Origin: an uncultured Acidobacteriota bacterium
Lineage (GTDB): Bacteria > Acidobacteriota > Thermoanaerobaculia > UBA5066
Length of the DNA: 64,000 nucleotides
NCBI GenBank assembly: GCA_963779415.1
Contig: CAVZYA010000001.1
Span: 448,001 to 512,000, forward strand
Direction of reading: 5' to 3'
Positions 56,998 through 64,000 of the stretch are shown piece by piece; the first letter of the stretch is position 1, and each line of letters opens with the position of its first letter. A program made the position numbers and the translations under genes. The notes below the pieces were generated by a model. It was given only the letters and a program-made list of their open reading frames with translations, was not told the DNA's origin and did not search any database.

Positions 56998-58266
56998 TCA
57001 GTCGCCGCGCGACGCGACGGCGGCCTGGCGCGGACGCGCGAGAACGCTTCCCTTCTCCGCCGAGGGAAGAGGAGGCGCCCCGGCCTCGCCCGAGGCCAGG
57101 GCCGGCCGGACGCCGAAGCGCCGGTCGGGCGGATCGGCGAGGGCGAGATGGCGGACGGTGAGGCGGTTCGCGAGCCCTCCGGGGTCGGAAGGAATCCAGC
57201 CGAGACCCGGGATGAAGGCCTCGATCCAGCGGTGACGCACCCCGCCGAGACCGGCGTTCCATGCCGCGCGCGATTCGGGCGCCAGCTCGTCGGGCGTGGC
57301 CGCGACGAGAACTCCCGTCACCTGCCGCGCCGGAATCCCGGCCCGGACGAGAAGGTCTTCCGCGAGGAGGGAGCGCCCGACGCACGAGCCGCGTCCGGTT
57401 CGGAGCGTCCGCTCCGCCGTCTCCCGCTCTCCGTCGGGAAGCGCATACCCGATCTCCCCCGCCGTGTACCCGATCACCTGCTCCACGGCCTCGAGCGCCG
57501 AGCGGCAGTCGGACGTGAGCCGGCGCGAGAGAGCTTCCGCTGCCGGATCGGCAGGGCGCCTTGCGGATAGCACGGCGCGCGCGTCGGGCGGAAGAGAGTC
57601 CCGTCGAAGCGGAATCGCCACCGAGTCGGGAAGCGGGCTGAGGTCGATACCGACGGTGGCCACGAGCGTTTTTCCGTCCCGGGACGAGAGGACCACGCGG
57701 TAGCCGTCATCCTCCACGGCCTGAACGTGCCGCCACGGAGCGGGACCGGAAAGGACGTACGCCATCTCGTCCTTCCCGGCGGCCGGCGCCCCCGCCAGAG
57801 GGCTCGCCAGAAGCGCGGCGAGAAGAAGAACGCCGGCCTGACGCCCGCTTCCCTTCCCGTCCGCTCGCGCCCTCCGGATCCCGTCGAGGACGCCGTTCAC
57901 GAAGGAGCCCGAGGAGGGGGTCGAGAACTTCTTGGCGATCTCGACGGCTTCGTTGATGACGACGGGGGCCGGCGTCTCGGGCTCGTGGAGGAGCTCGTAG
58001 AGGGCGAGCCGGAGGAGGTTGCGGTCCACCGCCGGCATTCGCCCTAGCCGCCAGTGCTCCGAGCGCTCCGAGAGGATGTCGTCCAGCTCCGCCCGCCGGG
58101 CGAGCGTCCCCGCGACGAGGCGCGCCGCGTACTCCTGGACGTCGGGACGGGAGAGAACGAACTCCTCCGTCCGGGCGTACATCTCCTCGGGAGGCGTTCC
58201 GGCGAGGTCGTTCTGATAGAGGAGCTGGAGGGCCAGCTCCCGCGCTTTCCGGCGGCGACCGCTCAT
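56998..58266 (-). CDS. nusB: Transcription antitermination factor NusB fused to a signal-like helix and a transglutaminase-like domain
   Basis: RRKARELALQLLY, DRNLLRLALYEL, VINEAVEIAKKF, FVNGVLD; then VLLLAALLASPLA; then GSCVGRS, HRWIE, WIPSDP. Downstream of ribH. Confidence 0.85.
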   Translation of the reverse strand: MSGRRRKARELALQLLYQNDLAGTPPEEMYARTEEFVLSRPDVQEYAARLVAGTLARRAELDDILSERSEHWRLGRMPAVDRNLLRLALYELLHEPETPAPVVINEAVEIAKKFSTPSSGSFVNGVLDGIRRARADGKGSGRQAGVLLLAALLASPLAGAPAAGKDEMAYVLSGPAPWRHVQAVEDDGYRVVLSSRDGKTLVATVGIDLSPLPDSVAIPLRRDSLPPDARAVLSARRPADPAAEALSRRLTSDCRSALEAVEQVIGYTAGEIGYALPDGERETAERTLRTGRGSCVGRSLLAEDLLVRAGIPARQVTGVLVAATPDELAPESRAAWNAGLGGVRHRWIEAFIPGLGWIPSDPGGLANRLTVRHLALADPPDRRFGVRPALASGEAGAPPLPSAEKGSVLARPRQAAVASRGD

Positions 58267-58282
58267 GGATCGCCCGGCCGGC

Positions 58283-58774
58283 CTACTGGCCCTTCCGGCC
58301 CGATGAGCCCTTCAGTCGCGCGCGGAGGTCGGCGGACTCGATGGCGGCGACGGCCGCTTCGTACCCCTTGTTGCCCCCCTTCGCCCCGGAACGCTCCAGC
58401 GCCTGCTCGAGCGTGTCGCACGTGAGGACTCCGAGGGAGATGGGAAGGTCCACTTCGAGCGAGACGTGAAAGACCCCCTTGGCGACTTCGCTCGCGATGT
58501 AGTCGAAGTGCGGCGTCCCCCCCCGGACGACCGCCCCGATCGCGATCAGCGCGTCGAAGCGCCCGACCCGCGCGAGGTCGCGCAGCGAGAGCGGGAGTTC
58601 CCAGGCGCCGGGTGTCCGGACGACGACGATGTCGTCCTCGGCCGCCCCGTGCCGGCGGAGCGCGTCGAGGGCGCCGTCGAGAAGGCGCGAGACGACGAGG
58701 TCGTTCGTGCGCGACGCCACGAGACCGAAGCGGCGGCCCTTGGCGGAGAGGTTCCCTTCGATTGTGGAAGTCAT
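58283..58774 (-). CDS. ribH: 6,7-dimethyl-8-ribityllumazine synthase
   Basis: PGAWELP, GAVVRGGTPHFDYI, GVLT, QALERSG.KGGNKG. Confidence 0.97.
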   Translation of the reverse strand: MTSTIEGNLSAKGRRFGLVASRTNDLVVSRLLDGALDALRRHGAAEDDIVVVRTPGAWELPLSLRDLARVGRFDALIAIGAVVRGGTPHFDYIASEVAKGVFHVSLEVDLPISLGVLTCDTLEQALERSGAKGGNKGYEAAVAAIESADLRARLKGSSGRKGQ

Positions 58775-58789
58775 CGATCGCGAAGTTTA

Positions 58790-59809
58790 TCAGGCGCCCG
58801 CCGGCGCGGCGAGGGCGCCGATCCGGGCGTGGATCCCCGCCGTTCCGAAGTTCTCCGCGTACCGCGCGACGAACTCGCTTCGTGAGTAGCGGCGAGGCTG
58901 CGGGCCGAGGCTCTCCAGCGCGAAGACGGCGGCGATGCTCCCGGCCCGGCCGGCCACCTCCCAGGGAAGGCCGCGGCGCCGCGCCGCGAGGAGACCCGCA
59001 CGGAAGGCGTCGCCCACGCCCGTCGGATCCAGAGCCGAGGTCCGGAGCCGGGCCGGCGGGATACGGCACGTCACGGCGCCGTCCGGCGCATCCGGCGTCC
59101 CGCCCCGGAGGGCGATCGTGGAGCCGTCCCCGCCGCGTGTCACGATGACGACGGGAACGCGCGCGAGGATCTCGGCTTCGGAGAGCCCGGTCTTCTTCCC
59201 GATGATCCCGAACTCGTATTCGTTCCCGATCAGGATCTCCGCCCCGTCGAGCCCCGTCAGGAGGTCCTCCGCCGAGAGGCGCGCGACCTGCTGGCTCGGG
59301 TCGTAGAGGAACGGAATTCCCAGTTCCCGGCACTCGCGCGAGTACGCATCCATCGCGGCGGGGTCGTTCGGTGCGACGACGGCGAGGCCGATCGTCGACG
59401 GCTCGAAGCGGGAGAGAGGGATCTCACCGGCCCTCTTCATCGCTCCCGCATAGAACGTCGCGATCTGGTTCTGCTCCTGATCGGTCGAGACGAAGAAGCT
59501 CGCCGTGAAGAGGTCCTCGAAGAGGACGAACCCCGAGACGTCCACCCCGTCGGCCGCGAGCGAGTCGCGGTAGTCCGCCGCGTCGATTCCGCCCGCCGCC
59601 ACGACGAGCGGCCGTTCCCCGAGGAGCGCCAGGCTGTACGCGATGTTCGGGGCGACGCCCCCACGGACGCGGCGCATCTCGTCGACGAGGAACGAGACGG
59701 AGAGGCGGTGCATCCGGTCCGGGACGACGACGTCGAGAAACTTCCCGGGGAAGGTCATCAGGTAGTCGAAGGCGACCGACCCGGTGACGGCGATCCGTCC
59801 GGCCCTCAT
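58790..59809 (-). CDS. PfkB family kinase (adenosine kinase-like)
   Basis: TGSVAFD, GGVAPNIAY, FYAGAM, DPSQQ, NEYE, DPTGVGDAFRAG. Confidence 0.88.
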   Translation of the reverse strand: MRAGRIAVTGSVAFDYLMTFPGKFLDVVVPDRMHRLSVSFLVDEMRRVRGGVAPNIAYSLALLGERPLVVAAGGIDAADYRDSLAADGVDVSGFVLFEDLFTASFFVSTDQEQNQIATFYAGAMKRAGEIPLSRFEPSTIGLAVVAPNDPAAMDAYSRECRELGIPFLYDPSQQVARLSAEDLLTGLDGAEILIGNEYEFGIIGKKTGLSEAEILARVPVVIVTRGGDGSTIALRGGTPDAPDGAVTCRIPPARLRTSALDPTGVGDAFRAGLLAARRRGLPWEVAGRAGSIAAVFALESLGPQPRRYSRSEFVARYAENFGTAGIHARIGALAAPAGA

Positions 59810-60675
59810 CTCCAGTACTTCTCCATCAGGAGCGAGAGACGCTTCCGCGTCGGCTCCGGGACGTCCTCGCGGCGGGTCAGGACGGCGAACCTCAGCGCCT
59901 CGCGGCAGGCGCAGCGCCGCGCGGCGTCGATCCGGGGGACGGCGGCGGCGAAGACGGCATTGGCCGTCCCCGCGTTGGCCCGAAGGACCTCGAGGATCGT
60001 CCCGACGGAGACGGCCTGCTCCTCCTCGTGCCAGCAGTCGTAGTCGGTCACGAGGGCCATCGTCGCGTAGCAGATCTCGGCTTCGCGGCAGAGCTTCGCT
60101 TCCTGGACGTTCGTCATCCCGATCACGTCCACGCCCCAGGAGCGGTAGAGGAAAGACTCGGCTTTCGTCGAGAACTGCGGCCCCTCCATCCCGAGGTAGA
60201 CCCCCCCCGTGTGGACGCGGGCGCCTCCTGAACGGGCGGCGGCGTCCAGCACTTCGAGAAGCTGCGGGCAGACGGGGTGGGCGAGCGAAACGTGGGCCAC
60301 GCACCCCTCCCCGAAGAAGGTCGCGGTCCTCCGGTGGGTCCGGTCGATGAACTGATCCGGAAGGACGAGATCCGTCGGCCGGTAGGAATCCTTCATCGAC
60401 CCGCATGCGGAGGCCGAGATCAGGGCGTCGCACCCCAGCTCCTTGAAGCCCCAGACGTTCGCGCGGAAGTTGATCTCCGACGGAAGGATGTCGTGCTTCC
60501 GGCCGTGCCGGGCGAGGAAGGCGACCGGCGTCCCGGAAAGCTCTCCCACGACGAACGCATCGGAGGGCCATCCGAAAGGGGTCTCGAGCCGGACCTCGCT
60601 CGTGGTCTCGAGGCCGGGAAGGCCGTAGAGACCCGACCCGCCGATCAGGCCGATCCGGCCGCGCGGCTGGGTCAT
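59806..60675 (-). CDS. mtnP: S-methyl-5'-thioadenosine phosphorylase
   Basis: IGGSGLY, TPFG.PS, ARHG..H, PDQFID, EGPQFSTKAES, IGMT, VTDYDCW. Confidence 0.94.
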   Translation of the reverse strand: MTQPRGRIGLIGGSGLYGLPGLETTSEVRLETPFGWPSDAFVVGELSGTPVAFLARHGRKHDILPSEINFRANVWGFKELGCDALISASACGSMKDSYRPTDLVLPDQFIDRTHRRTATFFGEGCVAHVSLAHPVCPQLLEVLDAAARSGGARVHTGGVYLGMEGPQFSTKAESFLYRSWGVDVIGMTNVQEAKLCREAEICYATMALVTDYDCWHEEEQAVSVGTILEVLRANAGTANAVFAAAVPRIDAARRCACREALRFAVLTRREDVPEPTRKRLSLLMEKYWR

Positions 60676-61622
60676 CGGCTCCGGCCGATCTCCTCGAGGA
60701 TCTCGAGAGCGAGACTCAGCGCGGCGCGCCCCGCCTCTCCCGTCACCTCGGGCTCGGACCGCTCGCGGCAGGCCCGGAGGAATGCGGCATCCTCGCTCGT
60801 GAGGGGATCGGCCGGCAGAACCGCCACCGGCCACTCCACGATCCGGGGCGGGCCCGTGAAGCGGTCGAGCCGGAAGGCGGTGACGTCGCGCTTCTGCGTG
60901 TCGATGGAGAAATACCAGTCGGGCTGGAAGAAGCGGAACTTCCGCGTCCGTTCCTGCGAGACGCGAGAGGCCGTCAGGTTGGCCACGCACCCGCCCTCGA
61001 AGGAGAGCCGGACCGACGCGATGTCGATCCGATCCGTGAGAATGGGGACGCCGACGGCGCGAATCTCCTTCACGGGGCGCCCCACGAGGTCGAGCGCGAT
61101 GTCGAGATCGTGGACGAGAAGGTCGAGGACGACGTCCACGTCGAGAGCCCGGGGGACGAAGACGCCGAGGCGGTGTGCTTCGATGAACTTCACGTCCGTC
61201 ACGAGCGGCCGGACCGCGGCCACGGCCGGATTGAACCGCTCGATGTGTCCGACCTGGAGGATCCGCCCCTTCTCCCGCGCCAGGCGGACGAGGCCGTCCG
61301 CCTCGGGGAGCGTCGCGGTGACCGGCTTCTCGACGAGGACGTCGGCGCCCCCGGCGAGCAGCTCCTCGGCCACGTCGGCGTGCGTCGACGTCGGCGACGC
61401 GACGACGACGGCGGTTGCACCCGCTTCGAGAAGCTCGCGGATCGATCCGCGCCGGACCATTCCGCTGGCGCCGTGCGCCGCTTCGATCGCGGCGGCCTTC
61501 GCGTCGTCCGGCTCGACGAATCCGATCGGCGCCGAGCCATCCAGCTCGCAGAGAATCCGCGCGTGGTGACGCCCGAGGTATCCACAGCCGACGACGCCCG
61601 TCCGAATCCGCTCTTCCGGCAT
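60672..61622 (-). CDS. Gfo/Idh/MocA oxidoreductase (GnnA-like)
   Basis: [31 protein letters not shown]. Confidence 0.88.
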   Translation of the reverse strand: MPEERIRTGVVGCGYLGRHHARILCELDGSAPIGFVEPDDAKAAAIEAAHGASGMVRRGSIRELLEAGATAVVVASPTSTHADVAEELLAGGADVLVEKPVTATLPEADGLVRLAREKGRILQVGHIERFNPAVAAVRPLVTDVKFIEAHRLGVFVPRALDVDVVLDLLVHDLDIALDLVGRPVKEIRAVGVPILTDRIDIASVRLSFEGGCVANLTASRVSQERTRKFRFFQPDWYFSIDTQKRDVTAFRLDRFTGPPRIVEWPVAVLPADPLTSEDAAFLRACRERSEPEVTGEAGRAALSLALEILEEIGRSR

Positions 61623-61696
61623 GGCGCGCGAAGTGTACATGGCGTCGTGCGACGACTTGCTCTTCGCGGCGGCGGCGGGTTACCTTCGCCGGTCCG

Positions 61697-64000
61697 ATGG
61701 CCGACCGCGACTGGAAATCGACGCTCCTCCTCCCGAAGACCCCCTTCCCGATGAAAGGGGATCTGCCGAAGCGGGAGCCGGAGCGTCTGAAGAGGTGGGT
61801 CGAGACGGATCTCTACGGGAGGATCCGGAAGGCCCGCGCCGGCGCCCCCGTCTTCATCCTTCACGACGGGCCCCCGTACGCGAACGGGAAGATCCATCTC
61901 GGCACCGCGATGAACAAGACGCTCAAGGACCTCGTCGTCCGCTCGCGGTCGCTCGCCGGATTCGACGCCCCGTACCTCCCGGGCTGGGACTGCCACGGCC
62001 TTCCGATCGAGCGGAACATGGTGAAGGAGCTCGGGCCACAAAAGGCCGGAATCTCCGACGTGGATTTCCGGCGCGCCTGCCGCGCCTTCGCGGAGAAGTG
62101 GATCGCGGACCAGCGCGCCGACTTCATGCGCCTCGGCATCCTCGGTTCTTGGGACCGGCCCTACAAGACGATGGACTTCGCCTATCAGGCCGAGATCGCG
62201 CGCGCCTTCGGCGTCTTCGCCGCGAAAGGACTCGTGACGTTCGGCTTCAAGGCGGTCCTCTGGTGCGTCAACGACCGCACCGCCCTCGCCGAAGCGGAGG
62301 TCGAGTACGCCGACAAGACCGACCCCTCGATCTACGTCGCGATGCCGCTCGAAGACGAGTCCGCACGAAGAGTCTGGCCGTCGGCCGCCTTCGGCGGCCG
62401 TGCTTCGAAGGTCTATGCGGTCATCTGGACCACGACGCCGTGGACACTTCCGGCGAACCGGGCGATCGCGCTCGGGCCGGACATCCAGTACGTCTTGATC
62501 CACCGGACGGCTCCGACGAACGACCCCGACGAGTGGTTCCTCGTCGCAGAGTCCCTCGTCCCCGCGGTCGTGCAGGCGCTCGGGTGGTCACCGACTTCCA
62601 TCGCGCGTGACGAGGCATCCCGACGCCTCGGTTCCGCACTCGCAGGAAAACTCCGGTATCACCGCCCCTTCGATCTCGACGGAACCAGCTTCGGCTTTCT
62701 CGTCGGCGAGCACGTCTCGACGACGGACGGTACCGGCCTCGTCCACACGGCGCCGGGGCACGGGAGGGACGATTACGAGGTGGTCCGGCGGAGCGGCTTC
62801 GACGTGGGCGACCCCGCTCTCTGTCCCGTCGACGAAGGGGGCTTCTATGACATCCACGCGCCGGAAGCGCTCCGGGGCAAGCGCGTCGTCTCGGCGCGGA
62901 CGCCCGAGGACGACGCCAGCCGCGCCGTTCTCGCGGCGCTCGCGGCCGGGGACCCCTCCGGCTCGCGGCTCCTCGCCCGCTCCGACGTTTCGCACTCGTA
63001 TCCGCACTGCTGGCGCTGCAAGAAGCCCGTCGTCTTCCGGGCGACGCACCAGTGGTTCATCGACCTCGGCGCCCTGAAGGAGACGGCGCTCTCGGAGATC
63101 CACAGCCGCGTCACGTGGATCCCCGCCTTCGGGGAGAACCGGATCGGCGCGATGGTGGAGAACCGCCTCGAGTGGACGATCTCCCGGCAGCGCCGCTGGG
63201 GCTCGCCCATCACCTTCCTGAAGTGCCGGACCTGCGCCGAAAAAGGCGTGATCTCGCACTTCCCGGCAGTTTCTTCGGACATCTCGCAGGAGGAAAGAAC
63301 GGCGAGGGAAGAGTTCTTCGAGAAGGTCTGGACGACGTTTCGAGAACATGGCGCCGATGCCTGGTACGACGACCGCTTTCCTCCCTCCTTCTTTCTGGGA
63401 ACGTCTTCTCGGTGCTCCTCTTGCGGCGGGACGTCGTTCGAGAAGCTGAAGGACATCCTCGACGTCTGGTTCGACTCGGGCGTCTCGCACGAGGCGGTCC
63501 TTCGCTCGGGCGCCTATTCCGACCGGACGCCGGACCCGGAGACGGCGAAGGCCCCGGTCGTCTACCTCGAGGGGCACGACCAGCACCGGGGCTGGTTCCA
63601 GTCGTCGCTCCTGACGGGGATCGCCCTGCACGGCCGGGCTCCCTTCGACGTCGTCATCACACACGGCTTCGTGGTGGACGGCGCCGGCCGGAAGATGTCG
63701 AAATCGCTCGGAAACGTCGTCGTGCCGCAGGAACTCATCGCCCGGCACGGCGCCGACGTCCTTCGCCTCTGGGTCGCCTCGCTCGACTACACGAACGACG
63801 ACCCGCTCGACGAGGAGATCCTCGCCCGGACGGCCGAGGCGTACCGGAAGCTCCGGAATACCGCGAAGTTCCTCCTCGGAAACCTCTTCGACTTCGACCC
63901 GGGCATGGACGCCGTCGCCGACGCGCGGCTCGAGCCGTTCGACCGCTGGGCCCTCGACGCGGCCGGGCGGGTCGTGGCCGAGGCCCGGGAGGCTTACGCA
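61697..64000 (+). CDS. ileS: Isoleucine--tRNA ligase (partial, runs off the window; absent from the ORF track)
   Basis: ATG 61697; [74 protein letters not shown] (63692, same frame). Confidence 0.97.
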   Translation, partial: MADRDWKSTLLLPKTPFPMKGDLPKREPERLKRWVETDLYGRIRKARAGAPVFILHDGPPYANGKIHLGTAMNKTLKDLVVRSRSLAGFDAPYLPGWDCHGLPIERNMVKELGPQKAGISDVDFRRACRAFAEKWIADQRADFMRLGILGSWDRPYKTMDFAYQAEIARAFGVFAAKGLVTFGFKAVLWCVNDRTALAEAEVEYADKTDPSIYVAMPLEDESARRVWPSAAFGGRASKVYAVIWTTTPWTLPANRAIALGPDIQYVLIHRTAPTNDPDEWFLVAESLVPAVVQALGWSPTSIARDEASRRLGSALAGKLRYHRPFDLDGTSFGFLVGEHVSTTDGTGLVHTAPGHGRDDYEVVRRSGFDVGDPALCPVDEGGFYDIHAPEALRGKRVVSARTPEDDASRAVLAALAAGDPSGSRLLARSDVSHSYPHCWRCKKPVVFRATHQWFIDLGALKETALSEIHSRVTWIPAFGENRIGAMVENRLEWTISRQRRWGSPITFLKCRTCAEKGVISHFPAVSSDISQEERTAREEFFEKVWTTFREHGADAWYDDRFPPSFFLGTSSRCSSCGGTSFEKLKDILDVWFDSGVSHEAVLRSGAYSDRTPDPETAKAPVVYLEGHDQHRGWFQSSLLTGIALHGRAPFDVVITHGFVVDGAGRKMSKSLGNVVVPQELIARHGADVLRLWVASLDYTNDDPLDEEILARTAEAYRKLRNTAKFLLGNLFDFDPGMDAVADARLEPFDRWALDAAGRVVAEAREAYA

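Noticed and set aside
1-64000. CRISPR arrays, IS elements, integrases, prophage or defence genes, tRNA and rRNA
   Set aside because: I saw no regularly spaced repeats, no transposase or integrase motifs and no tRNA or rRNA signatures; the intergenic spaces are too short to hold them.

Overview
A very GC-rich bacterial chromosomal segment that is densely coding and mostly on the minus strand. Gene content and order suggest Acidobacteriota, probably a Thermoanaerobaculia-like MAG (inference). It is largely core genome: recJ, accA, priA, udg, rpoZ, gmk, yicC, msbA-like, lpxB, HIT, HU/IHF, rpsA, cmk, hisC, rluB, scpB/scpA, trpS, an amt-glnK-porin operon, recG, RNase P RNA (rnpB), uvrC, pabB/pabC-like genes, coaD, a peptide ABC module, tolQRAB-pal-cpoB, rpsT, lptE, leuS, nusB, ribH, an adenosine kinase-like gene, mtnP and a partial ileS. 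I saw no mobile element, prophage, CRISPR array, tRNA or rRNA. Two stretches (13.5-15.8 kb and 45.0-47.3 kb) and amt carry single-base frameshifts that look like consensus errors. The main leads are: (1) NusB fused in frame, through a signal-peptide-like segment, to a transglutaminase-like domain; (2) a coupled operon of a SpoIVB/S55 peptidase, a secreted beta-propeller protein and a peptide ABC module, divergent from tol-pal; (3) TAnnnT -10 boxes 6-10 nt upstream of about 13 start codons, suggesting widespread leaderless or short-leader transcription; (4) probable non-canonical starts (ATC for recG, CTG for two genes) and mini-ORF coupling relays; (5) a NYN ribonuclease directly downstream of rnpB; (6) a duplicated unknown C-terminal module on a secreted S53 peptidase. 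Family assignments come from motif recognition, not database searches.
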